Shown piece by piece: positions 9,552-19,561 of a DNA stretch of 37,291 nucleotides. The translations under genes and the position numbers were made by a program. The notes under the pieces were generated by a model. It had not been told where the DNA came from, ran no database searches, and saw only the letters and a program-made list of their open reading frames with translations. The DNA is taken from the sequence record SRR22947727_410; one strand, written 5' to 3'. Numbering within the stretch: position 1 is the stretch's first letter; the number at the start of each line of letters is the position of its first letter.

Positions 9552-10477
9552 AAATTAAACCTGAAGTTTTTCTAAACTCAAATAAAAATATAATTTTTAA
9601 CAAAATCTTAGTTACTGGAACAGACGAGCCCCTCATATCTTATGTAAAAAGCTTCATAATAGAAAGCTTTAAAAAAAGAAATTTTTTTATTGATGTTTCT
9701 AACAACTACAATGATGGGTCAATGGGTGATCTTTTTTCAGAAAAAAAAACTTTGTTTGTGTTGTCTGATTTTCCAACAAATAAAGAAATTACCACTGAAG
9801 AATCAGATAATAAAAGTATTTTAGTTACATCACCAAATGGGAAAAAAACAAATTTAATCAAGAGTAAAATTTCAAAAGATAAGGGGGGCTTGGTTATTGA
9901 GTGTTATTCGTTAAACAGAAGCTCTAAAGAAAATACCCTGAAAAACTATATTGAGATAAATAACCTTACCCTTTCAAATGATGTTTTTTGGTATGTGGTT
10001 GATAACTTTGATAACAATTATGTGATATTTATAAAACAGTTACAAATGTTAAGTTTGTTTAATAATGAAGTTAATTTAATTTCTGATATCGAAAAAATAA
10101 CATTTGTTGATAACAAAATAGAAATAAACAAAATTTTCTTTAATATTTTTAAGGAAAATAAAATTTTAACAAACACTTTTAATAAAAGCATTAACTCACT
10201 TTCAGATTTTTATATTTTTTTAAATTCTACAAAATCATATCTGGAAATAATTAAAAACTCAGAAAACATAGATGCTGCTTTATATAATTTTCCAAAATAT
10301 TTGTTTGCAGAAATAGATACTTTTTTAACAATATATAAAAAAACAAATAAAGATAAGCTAATAAAAATATATCAAAGTTTATCAAAAGTTGAGCTCCTGA
10401 TAAGACAAAACTCTGAGTTATATTTAGTTGTTGGGTTAAGGTTTTTTTTAAATTTAAAAAAAATAATTACTTCTTGA
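9548..10477 (+). CDS. holA: DNA polymerase III delta subunit (divergent)
   Basis: MKIKP start (GTG 9548), ILVTGTDE, GDLFSEKK, VIECY motifs; synteny after lptE. Confidence 0.7.
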   Translation: MKIKPEVFLNSNKNIIFNKILVTGTDEPLISYVKSFIIESFKKRNFFIDVSNNYNDGSMGDLFSEKKTLFVLSDFPTNKEITTEESDNKSILVTSPNGKKTNLIKSKISKDKGGLVIECYSLNRSSKENTLKNYIEINNLTLSNDVFWYVVDNFDNNYVIFIKQLQMLSLFNNEVNLISDIEKITFVDNKIEINKIFFNIFKENKILTNTFNKSINSLSDFYIFLNSTKSYLEIIKNSENIDAALYNFPKYLFAEIDTFLTIYKKTNKDKLIKIYQSLSKVELLIRQNSELYLVVGLRFFLNLKKIITS

Positions 10478-11300
10478 GTCTTTTCATAATCTCATCAAGT
10501 TGATTTAGGTCTGAGTAATATAGTTTAAGTGATCCACTAGAGCCATTATCATTAAACTCAATTTCAGTTTTTAATCCAATTTTATCTGACAGTTCTTTTT
10601 CTAAATCAACTATATTGGGATCTTTTTCTGTTTGTTTTTTTCTTGTTTGTTTGTGCTTCGATGTAGACTTTTCAACATCTCTTACACTTAGTTTTTTTTC
10701 AAAAATCTCTTTTGCTTTCTCAACTGCATTTGGGACCCCAATTAGTGCCCTTGCATGACCCATGCTAATTTTACCATCAATGATCATTTGGTGTATTTCA
10801 TTGTCAAGATCTAATATTCTAATTAAATTTGATATATGACTTGAGCTTTTACCTATTTTTTTTGATAGCTCTTCGTTTTTAATGCCGTTTGATTCTATTA
10901 AATTTTTATATGCTTTAGCCTCTTCCACAACATTAAGGTTTTCTCTTTGTATATTTTCTATTAAGGCAAGCTCGTAAACATTTTTGTCATCGACACTCAT
11001 AACAACACAATTGACTGAGTGCAGACCTGCTAGCTGACAAGCTCTCCACCTTCTTTCCCCAGCTATAATTTCATACATGCCCCCTGATGTTTTCCTAACA
11101 ACAATTGGCTGAATCAAGCCTTGATTTTTTATAGATTCAGACAGCTCTTTAATTTCTTTTTCCTCAAAGTTTTTTCGTGGTTGTTTTTTGTTTGGATAAA
11201 TTTTGGATATATCTATTTTGTTTGTAATGTTTTTATTTTGGTTATTTGTATTTAATAAGGCTCCTAGCCCCATTCCTAATTTATTGTTTTCTTTATTCAT
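10467..11300 (-). CDS. parB: Chromosome partitioning protein ParB
   Basis: LGMGLGALL N-terminal peptide, QPRKNF, IIAGERRWRA, LIENIQRENL, HTH, GHARAL. Confidence 0.98.
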   Translation of the reverse strand: MNKENNKLGMGLGALLNTNNQNKNITNKIDISKIYPNKKQPRKNFEEKEIKELSESIKNQGLIQPIVVRKTSGGMYEIIAGERRWRACQLAGLHSVNCVVMSVDDKNVYELALIENIQRENLNVVEEAKAYKNLIESNGIKNEELSKKIGKSSSHISNLIRILDLDNEIHQMIIDGKISMGHARALIGVPNAVEKAKEIFEKKLSVRDVEKSTSKHKQTRKKQTEKDPNIVDLEKELSDKIGLKTEIEFNDNGSSGSLKLYYSDLNQLDEIMKRLKK

Positions 11301-12066
11301 TTGTTAGGCCTTGTTTTTCTAAGATTTCTCGAGCAAGCCTTATATATGCCACAGATCCTGAAGAATTAACATCATATAATATTGCGGGCTTTCCATGACT
11401 TGGGGCTTCTGAAACCCTTACGTTTCTTGGGATCGTGGTTGTATAGACAGTTTCTCCAAAATGATCTCTTACATCTTTTTCCACAAGAGCGCTTAGGGAG
11501 TTTCTTTTATCAACCATTGTTAAAAGTATTCCTTCGATAACAAGATTTGGATTGAAGTTTTCTTTTATTAATTCAATGGAGTTAACTAGAGATGAGATTC
11601 CCTCTAAAGCAAAAAACTCAGATTGGAGAGGGATAATAATTGAATGAGACGCAACCAATGCATTAATTGTCAAAAGGCCAAGTGCAGGCGGGCAATCTAT
11701 TAAAATATAATCATATCCATCAATTTTAGATAATAGATTTGATAATACAAACTCCCTGTTTTTTACATCTGCCAGCTCAATTTCTGAAGCGGCTAAATTA
11801 GTGTTAGCAGTAACAATATCCAACTCAGGAACTATTGTCTTTTTAATTGCATTTAGATCTAAAACCTCATTAACTATTAGGTCATATAAATTTGGTTTTC
11901 TGTTTTCATAAGAAATGCCAATTCCTGTACTTGCGTTACCTTGGGGGTCAGCATCTATCAATAAAGTTTTTTTATTTATTGCTGATAAAGAGGTAGCTAA
12001 ATTAATAGAGGTTGTTGTTTTCCCCACCCCTCCTTTTTGATTTGCAACAGAAATTATTTTAACCAT
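11293..12066 (-). CDS. parA: Chromosome partitioning ATPase ParA/Soj
   Basis: NQKGGVGKTTT, DADPQGNAS, IDCPP, IPRNVRVSEAPSHG. Confidence 0.98.
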   Translation of the reverse strand: MVKIISVANQKGGVGKTTTSINLATSLSAINKKTLLIDADPQGNASTGIGISYENRKPNLYDLIVNEVLDLNAIKKTIVPELDIVTANTNLAASEIELADVKNREFVLSNLLSKIDGYDYILIDCPPALGLLTINALVASHSIIIPLQSEFFALEGISSLVNSIELIKENFNPNLVIEGILLTMVDKRNSLSALVEKDVRDHFGETVYTTTIPRNVRVSEAPSHGKPAILYDVNSSGSVAYIRLAREILEKQGLTNE

Positions 12067-12670
12067 TTTTGTTTCTAATGTTATTTATTTTAAGGACACA
12101 ACCATCATCAGAGCTTAGGCTTTTAATTTTTTCAAATTCGAAAAAATATACTTTTGAAGCTATATCGATTTCTCTAGTAGCATTTCTTCCTTTTAAAAAA
12201 AGTGATGTTGTGTTTTTATTAGAGTACATTCGTGCATAAGTTAACAGCTTAACAAGCGGGGCAAGGGCTCTGGAAACAATGATGTCGTGTTGTGATGTTG
12301 GAGGTTTTTCAATTCTTTTGTTTTGTATTTTTGCTGTTAAAGAAAGTTCTTTTATTATTTTTCTAACAAAATCAGTCTTTTTTTTTACAGAGTCAACCAT
12401 AAGAACCTTTTGGTACCCAACTATAGAAAACAAAATACCTGGTAAGCCTGCACCCGTTCCTAAATCAAGAATTTTTAATTTTTTATTAATAATATATTTT
12501 GTAAGTTGCAGACAATCTAGAACATGTCTGTCCCAAATATTTTCAATTGTAGATTTGCCAACAAGGTTTGTGTGTTTATTGTGTTCGATTATAGAAGATA
12601 AATAAAAATCTATTTTATCAACTTGCGTTTTATTCAAAACAAACTCAGAGACAATGTCGGGTTTTCTCAA
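12059..12670 (-). CDS. rsmG: 16S rRNA m7G527 methyltransferase
   Basis: RHVLDCLQL, LDLGTGAGLPG, VSRALA, FLKG; TTG start. Confidence 0.95.
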   Translation of the reverse strand: MRKPDIVSEFVLNKTQVDKIDFYLSSIIEHNKHTNLVGKSTIENIWDRHVLDCLQLTKYIINKKLKILDLGTGAGLPGILFSIVGYQKVLMVDSVKKKTDFVRKIIKELSLTAKIQNKRIEKPPTSQHDIIVSRALAPLVKLLTYARMYSNKNTTSLFLKGRNATREIDIASKVYFFEFEKIKSLSSDDGCVLKINNIRNKNG

Positions 12671-12671
12671 A

Positions 12672-14543
12672 CTAAGCAGCCTTGTTGTTTTTTTGTTTTT
12701 TTAAATATCTCATTATTGCAATTATTGCAGCAGGTGTTACGCCAGATATTCTGGAAGCGGAACCTAATGTGGGAGGTTTTATTTTAATTAGTTTCTCTAC
12801 AATTTCATTAGAAAGACTTCCCACATCTTTAAAATTAGTAGTTTTAGGAATAATTAAATCTTCTTCTTTTTTAAAATCATCAATGTCAGCCCTTTGCCTC
12901 TCTAAATAACTTGAATAAACTGCCTCAATTTCTATTTGTTCTTTTGTTTCTGCATCCAATGATATTAGTTCTGGCCATATTTTTTCTAGTTTTTTAAAAG
13001 TAATATTATTGTGTGAAAGAAGCTCCATTGCTGATCTTTTTTTTCCATCAAGTTTTATTTTGATATCTTTTTTTTGTAATTGGTTTGGTGATAAAATAAG
13101 CTTTTTAGCGAGACCAAATCCTTGTTTAAGTTTTTTTATTTTTTTACCAAACTCTTCCTGTCTAAAAGGCGAAACACAACCCACATCAATGCCCAAAGGT
13201 GTTAGTCTCTGATCAGCATTATCAGATCTTAATAAAAGCCTGTACTCTGATCTAGATGTAAACATTCTATATGGCTCTTTGGTTCCTTTTGTAACAAGGT
13301 CATCTATTAAAACCCCAATGTATCCCTGTGATCTATCAACGATAAATTCTTTTCCTGGTGTATTTTTTAGTGCTGCATTAATTCCAGCAATGATTCCTTG
13401 TGCGGCCGCTTCTTCGTATCCAGTTGTTCCGTTTATTTGACCTGCAAAAAAAAGATTTTGTATTTTTTTTGTTTCTAAGGTGTGTGTGAGCTCTCTGGGA
13501 TCAACATAATCATACTCAATCGCATATGCTGGTTGAGTAATAATAGCTTTTTCAAGACCTTTGATTGACCTAACAAACCTCTCTTGAATTTCCTCGGGTA
13601 GTGATGAGGATATGCCGTTTGGGTAAACTAAATCACTCTCTAAACCCTCTGGTTCAAGAAATATTTGATGGCTATTTTTGTCAGGAAATTTTGTAATCTT
13701 ATCTTCTATTGATGGACAATATCTTGCTCCCATTGATTTAATTACGCCAGAATACATTGGTGATAAGTTTAAGTTTTTTTCTATTATTTTATGAGTCTCT
13801 TTGTTTGTGTGGGTTATAAAGCATGAAATTTGTGGTGTGTGGATAGATCTGTTGATAAAAGAGAATGGAATAGGTTTAGAATCAGGTAGTTGTTCTTTTA
13901 AGTTATTGAAATTGATAGATTTTTTTAAAATTCTTGGTGGGGTTCCTGTTTTTAATCTACCTATTGAAAACTTTAAGTTTTCGATTTTTTTTGCAAGAGC
14001 TATTGAGGGCTTATCTCCAACCCTTCCTGCTGGAGTAGACTTGTTACCAAGTCTAATAACTCCCCTTAAAAAAGTTCCAGTCGTCAAAACAACTGAGAGA
14101 CATGTTATTTTGTCGCCACTACTAAGCTCAACAAATGTAATTTTATTATTTTTGATTCCAACATCCTCTACAGAGCCTTCTATTAAATCTATATTTTCTT
14201 GTTTTTTTACTATTTCTAGTATTGCTTTTTTGTATAGATCTCTATCAGCTTGGGCTCTTGGCCCTCTAACGGCAGCACCCCTGCTTTCATTAAGCATTCT
14301 AAACTGAATCCCTCCTTTATCAATTGCTTTGGCCATAACCCCATCCAAGGCATCAATCTCCCTGACAAGATGCCCCTTTCCAAGACCACCAATTGCTGGG
14401 TTACATGACATTTCTCCAATTTTATCAATTTTGTGAGTAACAAGAGCTACACTAGCACCAATCCTAGCGGCAGCACAAGCTGCCTCAACTCCTGCGTGGC
14501 CACCACCAATAACAACAACTGAATATTTTTTATATGTTTTCAC
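12672..14543 (-). CDS. mnmG: tRNA uridine 5-carboxymethylaminomethyl modification enzyme
   Basis: [49 protein letters not shown] start. Confidence 0.99.
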   Translation of the reverse strand: MKTYKKYSVVVIGGGHAGVEAACAAARIGASVALVTHKIDKIGEMSCNPAIGGLGKGHLVREIDALDGVMAKAIDKGGIQFRMLNESRGAAVRGPRAQADRDLYKKAILEIVKKQENIDLIEGSVEDVGIKNNKITFVELSSGDKITCLSVVLTTGTFLRGVIRLGNKSTPAGRVGDKPSIALAKKIENLKFSIGRLKTGTPPRILKKSINFNNLKEQLPDSKPIPFSFINRSIHTPQISCFITHTNKETHKIIEKNLNLSPMYSGVIKSMGARYCPSIEDKITKFPDKNSHQIFLEPEGLESDLVYPNGISSSLPEEIQERFVRSIKGLEKAIITQPAYAIEYDYVDPRELTHTLETKKIQNLFFAGQINGTTGYEEAAAQGIIAGINAALKNTPGKEFIVDRSQGYIGVLIDDLVTKGTKEPYRMFTSRSEYRLLLRSDNADQRLTPLGIDVGCVSPFRQEEFGKKIKKLKQGFGLAKKLILSPNQLQKKDIKIKLDGKKRSAMELLSHNNITFKKLEKIWPELISLDAETKEQIEIEAVYSSYLERQRADIDDFKKEEDLIIPKTTNFKDVGSLSNEIVEKLIKIKPPTLGSASRISGVTPAAIIAIMRYLKKQKNNKAA

Positions 14544-14551
14544 GTGAAACT
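14536..14551. promoter_or_regulatory. parS: parS site 1
   Basis: GTTTTCACGTGAAACT, 13/16 to consensus TGTTTCACGTGAAACA with perfect TTTCACGTGAAA core; immediately upstream of the mnmG-rsmG-parAB block. Confidence 0.8.
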
Positions 14552-15845
14552 ATTTTCCTATACAAAAATCTTTAAAAATTATATCTAAAACATCTTCTAT
14601 ATCAAATTTTTGATTAATTTCTAAAGAAATTCTAAGGGACTCCCTTATTTTAAAAGCCATAATATCTAAGCTATCTTTTTTTTTTATTGATTTTAACTCA
14701 AATAAAGCCTTTTTCATTATATTTAGGTGTCTTTCACGTGAAAGAATTGGTTCATTTTTTTTATTTTTAATAAGCTTTTGTTTAATTTTTTTTAAAAGTA
14801 TTTTTACACCCTCACCTGTTACAGATGAAATATTTATAATATTTTTTTCAGTTTTAATAACTCTTTTTTTATCTAATTTAGACCTAATAAAAAACTTGTC
14901 TTTAATATCAATATAATTACTCGTTTCTTTCTTCTCAAGGAAAACAAGGTTTAAATTTGACCTTAAAATTATTTCGCTCGTTTTTTTTATACCTATTTCT
15001 TCAATTTTATTCTTATGTTTTCTTAAACCCGCAGTATCAATAAACGTGAATTTATAACCACCTATATCTATTATTGATGTAACAGCATCTGTTGTAGTAC
15101 CGGGAATATTAGTTACAATAGATACTTCTTTTTTTGATATATAGTTAATAAAAGAAGATTTGCCTGTGTTTGGTTTTCCTATTAAAGAAACCACGAAACC
15201 GTCCCTTATTGGTTTTGAAATTTCAGAACTACTAATTTCTTTTTTAATTATTTTAATTATGTTCTTGTTTTGTTCTAATATTTTATTTAATGTGTTTTTT
15301 GGCAGGTCTTCGTCTGAGAAATCAATTAATGCTTCTGTGTTTGCTAACATTATCCTTATTTTCTCATTTGTTTCGTTAATAAACTTACTTAACTTTCCTG
15401 ATAAACCAGAGATAGCCATGCTTCTTTGTTTTTCAGTTTCAGAATTTATTAGATCGGCTAACCCCTCAGTTTGCAAAAGATCTAATTTGTCGTTCATTAA
15501 AGACCTTCTTGTAAACTCGCCAGGCTCAGCAATCCTTATACCTAACATCTCTAATATTTTGGATATTTTAGTTATAATTGCTATACTTCCATGACAATTG
15601 ATTTCAACCATTTCTTCGCCAGTAAAAGAATTAGGTTTTTTAAAAAAAACAACCAGAACTTGATCTATTGTTTCTTTTTGAAATTTTAATAATGTTAGTT
15701 TTGTTTGGTTTGGTATGATGTTTTTAATTGATGAAATTTTTTTTAATATATAAAGACTTTGTTCTCCAGAAATTCTTATAACAGCAATAGCAGACTTACC
15801 TGTTGGTGTAGATAAAGCATATATAGTATCTTTATATTTAGACAT
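14550..15845 (-). CDS. mnmE: tRNA modification GTPase
   Basis: DTIYALST, SFTGEEMVEINCHG, GKPNTGKSS, DTAGLR, terminal FCIGK. Confidence 0.98.
   Translation of the reverse strand: MSKYKDTIYALSTPTGKSAIAVIRISGEQSLYILKKISSIKNIIPNQTKLTLLKFQKETIDQVLVVFFKKPNSFTGEEMVEINCHGSIAIITKISKILEMLGIRIAEPGEFTRRSLMNDKLDLLQTEGLADLINSETEKQRSMAISGLSGKLSKFINETNEKIRIMLANTEALIDFSDEDLPKNTLNKILEQNKNIIKIIKKEISSSEISKPIRDGFVVSLIGKPNTGKSSFINYISKKEVSIVTNIPGTTTDAVTSIIDIGGYKFTFIDTAGLRKHKNKIEEIGIKKTSEIILRSNLNLVFLEKKETSNYIDIKDKFFIRSKLDKKRVIKTEKNIINISSVTGEGVKILLKKIKQKLIKNKKNEPILSRERHLNIMKKALFELKSIKKKDSLDIMAFKIRESLRISLEINQKFDIEDVLDIIFKDFCIGK
14730..14745. promoter_or_regulatory. parS: parS site 2 (inside mnmE)
   Basis: TCTTTCACGTGAAAGA, perfect 16-bp palindrome, 14/16 to consensus. 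Confidence 0.75.
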
Positions 15846-15924
15846 TTTTGGCCAATAAACCTATTGGTAAATTAAGTCTATAAAATCAGATAATTATTTT
15901 TTTTAAAGAGTTTTATTTGTTATT

Positions 15925-17181
15925 CTATTTAGTGCCCATACTTTGGAAAAACTCACTGTTTGTTTTGGTATTTTTCATTTTATCTAATAAAAACTCCATT
16001 GCTTCAGTTGTTCCCATTGGGGCTAAGATTTTTCTAAGAATAAATATTTTTCCAAGCTCATCTTTATCTAATAAAAGCTCTTCTTTTCTTGTTCCTGATT
16101 TAGCTATGTCAAAAGCAGGATAGGTTCTTTTTTGACTAAGCTTTCTGTCTAACATCATTTCACTATTACCGGTTCCTTTAAATTCCTCAAAGATAACTTC
16201 ATCCATTCTACTTCCTGTTTCAATCAAAGCTGTTGAAATAATTGTAAGGGATCCGCCATTTTCGACATTTCTTGCAGCACCAAAAAATCTCTTAGGTCTT
16301 TGAAGTGCATTAGCATCAACACCACCTGTTAAGACTTTTCCGCTCGATGGTACAACAGTATTATAAGCTCTTCCAAGTCTAGTTATTGAATCTAAAAGAA
16401 TTACAACATCGTGTTTATATTCAACTAATCTTTTTGCTTTTTCAATAACCATTTCAGCAACCTGAACATGTCTTTGAGCAGGTTCATCAAAAGTTGAGCT
16501 AATTACCTCACCTTTTACTGATCTTTTCATATCAGTTACTTCTTCTGGTCTCTCATCAATTAATAAAACTATGAGTTTGGTTTCGGGGTTGTTAGCAGTT
16601 ATAGCATTAGCTATTTTCTGCATAATTATAGTTTTTCCAGTAAATGGCTGCGCAACAATTAATTGTCTTTGCCCTTTTCCTAAAGGAGCTATAATATCTA
16701 TTATACGCTCAGTTAAGTCCGGCATAGGTTTTTCTTGTTCTAGTTTAAACCTAGATTCAGGGTATAAAGGTGTTAAATCTTCAAAATTCACTCTGTGCTT
16801 AACAACATCAGGTTTATCTTCATTAATTTTATTGATTTTAGTAATAGCAAAATATCTTTCTCCTTGTTTTGGAGCTCTTATCTCACCTTCAACAATATCA
16901 CCTGTTCTAAGACTAAATTTTTTTATTTGTGATGGAGATACATAAATATCATCAGGGCCTGGTAAATAGTTAGATTCAGAAGACCTTAAGAAACCGAAAC
17001 CATCTTGCATAATTTCAATAACACCTGAACCAGTTATTATTTCACCATCAGTTGCTATCTGTTTTAGTATAGCAAACATTAAATCTTGTTTTCTAAGAGA
17101 TGATGGGTTTTCTATTTCAAGTTTCGTAGCTTCTTTTAAAAGCTCTTCTGGTTGTTTATTTTTCAAATCTTGTAAATTCAT
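15925..17181 (-). CDS. rho: Transcription termination factor Rho
   Basis: [45 protein letters not shown]. Confidence 0.99.
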   Translation of the reverse strand: MNLQDLKNKQPEELLKEATKLEIENPSSLRKQDLMFAILKQIATDGEIITGSGVIEIMQDGFGFLRSSESNYLPGPDDIYVSPSQIKKFSLRTGDIVEGEIRAPKQGERYFAITKINKINEDKPDVVKHRVNFEDLTPLYPESRFKLEQEKPMPDLTERIIDIIAPLGKGQRQLIVAQPFTGKTIIMQKIANAITANNPETKLIVLLIDERPEEVTDMKRSVKGEVISSTFDEPAQRHVQVAEMVIEKAKRLVEYKHDVVILLDSITRLGRAYNTVVPSSGKVLTGGVDANALQRPKRFFGAARNVENGGSLTIISTALIETGSRMDEVIFEEFKGTGNSEMMLDRKLSQKRTYPAFDIAKSGTRKEELLLDKDELGKIFILRKILAPMGTTEAMEFLLDKMKNTKTNSEFFQSMGTK

Positions 17182-17590
17182 AATGTTATTGTTGGGGTTT
17201 TAGCAAAAGAAGTTTTTTTATTACAAAAAATGAACCTTAATGTCAAAATATATATTTATTATATATTTAGGTTGTATTTGTAGTTGTAAGGTGAATTATA
17301 TTAATTCTTCTATTATTCATAACTATTAACATTAATTAAAATTTGTATAAAATAATCCTTAGTCTAATAAAAATGAGTATAATTAAAACAAATCATCTAA
17401 ATTCAATAGTTTATACTTATTGAGAAAAATAACAAATTGTTAATAAAATTTAATAAAAAGATAAACACAACCTATTAGTTTTTTTATTTCCTTCTTAATT
17501 TTTTGTTAGTTAAAAAATATAACTTTTAACTTATTCATAAAAAAATTTAAAAATAATTAATTATGTTTATAACTATAGTTGTTATACACA
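17182..17590. other. oriC: Probable chromosomal replication origin (oriC)
   Basis: About 400-bp extremely AT-rich non-coding gap, the largest in the window. One perfect TTWTNCACA box (TTATACACA 17582-17590) and 1-mismatch boxes at 17313, 17342, 17374, 17421, 17438, 17531, 17564. Divergent gene blocks either side, parABS nearby, upstream of maf as in other alphaproteobacteria. Confidence 0.8.
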
Positions 17591-18180
17591 TGCTCTTACA
17601 CAAAAAATTTATCCTAGCTAGCAATAGCGCATCAAGAAAAACCCTTTTAAAAAATGCAGGTTTAAGTTTTTTGACCAAAAAACCTCTTTGTGATGAAGAT
17701 TATATAAAAGGTCAATTATTAAAAAAAAATATAAACAAAAAAAACCTTCCCAAGCTATTAGCAGAAGCGAAAGCATTAAGTGTTAGTAAAATGAATACAA
17801 AACACCTAGTAGTTGGATCAGACACCATAATTTTATTTAACAACAAATTAGTTAATAAAGCCAAAACAATAGAAGAGGCTAAAAAAAAATTACAAAGATT
17901 TTCAGGAAAAAAACATCAAATTATTTCTGGTGCTTCTATATGTTTCAATAATAAACAGATTTGGTCATATCAACAAACATCTACAATACACATGAACACA
18001 CTTAATCAAAAACAGATTAACACATATTTAAAAAAAACAGATAAAAGCATCTTATCTTCTGTTGGTTGTTATCAGGTAGAAAGATTAGGACCACAAATTA
18101 TTAAATCAATTAATGGCGACTTCTTTAACGTACTTGGCTTTCCTTTATTTCCATTTTTAACTTTTTTGTCTAAGAGATAA
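17590..18180 (+). CDS. maf: Maf family nucleoside triphosphate pyrophosphatase
   Basis: FILASNSASRKTLL, VVGSDT, SVGCYQVE, GDFFNVLGFPL; start placed at second ATG (17590). Confidence 0.93.
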   Translation: MLLHKKFILASNSASRKTLLKNAGLSFLTKKPLCDEDYIKGQLLKKNINKKNLPKLLAEAKALSVSKMNTKHLVVGSDTIILFNNKLVNKAKTIEEAKKKLQRFSGKKHQIISGASICFNNKQIWSYQQTSTIHMNTLNQKQINTYLKKTDKSILSSVGCYQVERLGPQIIKSINGDFFNVLGFPLFPFLTFLSKR

Positions 18181-18182
18181 AG

Positions 18183-18968
18183 GTGAAAAATTTTTTTGTT
18201 ATAGGTGACCAAACCTCAAAAAGCCTCTCGCCCTTAATTTTTAATCATTGGTTTAAAAAATATAATATACAGGCAAAATACTCTTTTTTAGAAGTTACAA
18301 AAAAAAAATTTAACATTGAAATAGTTAAAAAATTAAATGATAAAAACACCCAGGGGTTAAACGTTACAATCCCTTTTAAAAAAGATATAATAAAATATCT
18401 GGATAATAAAAATGTTCACGCTCAAAAGATTGGAGCAGTAAATTGTGTAACGGTTGGAAAAAAAATCAAAGGGACAAATACTGATTGGTTAGGTTACTTA
18501 AATTCAATTAAAAATAATAAAATTAACAAAAATAAAAATATATTAATTTTAGGTTTTGGTGGGGCCTCACAAGCAATCTATTATGGTTTTTTCTTTAAAG
18601 GCTATAAAAATGTAAGTGTTTTTAACCGGTCTAAAAAAGCGATTAACATAGGGGGGGTCAAAAAATATACCAAAGATTACTCACTTATTAACTCTTATCT
18701 AATTAAATCAGATTTAATAATAAACACAACACCAATAAACCCTCTCAACAAAAAACAAATCAATCTTATTAAAAAGAATACGATAATAAGTGATATTGTT
18801 TACCAACCAAAAGAAACACCTTTTCTAAAAGAGTTTAAATTTAATAAAAAAATTTATGGTATCTCAATGTTGGTTGAACAAGCCTTACCCTGCTTTAAAC
18901 TATGGTTCGGTTTTGTGCCAGTTGTTGATGGTCTTCTAATTAAAAAACTTTACAAAAAAATTAAATGA
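18183..18968 (+). CDS. aroE: Shikimate dehydrogenase
   Basis: SLSP, GLNVTIPFK, GAVNC, GTNTDWLG, GFGGAS, DIVYQP. Confidence 0.95.
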   Translation: MKNFFVIGDQTSKSLSPLIFNHWFKKYNIQAKYSFLEVTKKKFNIEIVKKLNDKNTQGLNVTIPFKKDIIKYLDNKNVHAQKIGAVNCVTVGKKIKGTNTDWLGYLNSIKNNKINKNKNILILGFGGASQAIYYGFFFKGYKNVSVFNRSKKAINIGGVKKYTKDYSLINSYLIKSDLIINTTPINPLNKKQINLIKKNTIISDIVYQPKETPFLKEFKFNKKIYGISMLVEQALPCFKLWFGFVPVVDGLLIKKLYKKIK

Positions 18969-19561
18969 CTAAAGTGGTGGGTATAACAGGGGGTATTGGT
19001 TCCGGTAAAACAACCTTCTCAAACCACGTAAAAAAACTAGGGTACTTAGTTCATGAGTCAGATGTGGTTGTTGCAGAAATTTATACTAAACCAAAAAAAC
19101 AATTTCTTAGTTTTATTAAAGAAAAAATTTCACTAGATGCAGTAAATCATAATAAAATAAATAAAACAAAAATAGCAAATATAATTTTTGAAAATAAAGC
19201 AATTAAAAAATTACTTGAAACACGTATTCACAAAGAGGTTCAAAGCTCTAGAGATGCTTTCATTAAAAAATACAAAAAAAATAAAAACAAATTAATTTTT
19301 GCAGACATACCACTTTTGTTTGAAAACAAGTTAGAGAAAGGCTTTGATGTGGTTGTTTGTGTTATTTCTTTAAAAAAAAACAGAATTAAAAGAGTTTTAG
19401 AAAATAAAAAATTTACAAAAGAAAATCTTAATAAAATTCTCAAAGCACAAACAACAGACAAAGAAAGAAAAAAGCGCTCACAAATTATAATTAATAATAA
19501 TAAAACAAAAAAAGACTTTATTTTTAGTATTGAAAAGGTTTTAACAAGGTTAAATAAATGA
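18965..19561 (+). CDS. coaE: Dephospho-CoA kinase
   Basis: GITGGIGSGKTT, DIPLLFE. Confidence 0.95.
   Translation: MTKVVGITGGIGSGKTTFSNHVKKLGYLVHESDVVVAEIYTKPKKQFLSFIKEKISLDAVNHNKINKTKIANIIFENKAIKKLLETRIHKEVQSSRDAFIKKYKKNKNKLIFADIPLLFENKLEKGFDVVVCVISLKKNRIKRVLENKKFTKENLNKILKAQTTDKERKKRSQIIINNNKTKKDFIFSIEKVLTRLNK

Noticed and set aside
15852-15867. Short hairpin CCAATA-aacc-TATTGG before mnmE, resembling CCAAT-atta-ATTGG before dnaK (37201-37214)
   Set aside because: Arms only 5-6 bp with different spacers; likely chance
17282-17562. CtrA boxes (TTAA-N7-TTAA) in the origin
   Set aside because: Only N6 spacings and one imperfect TTAA-N7-TTAG (17495-17509) seen; not significant at this AT content
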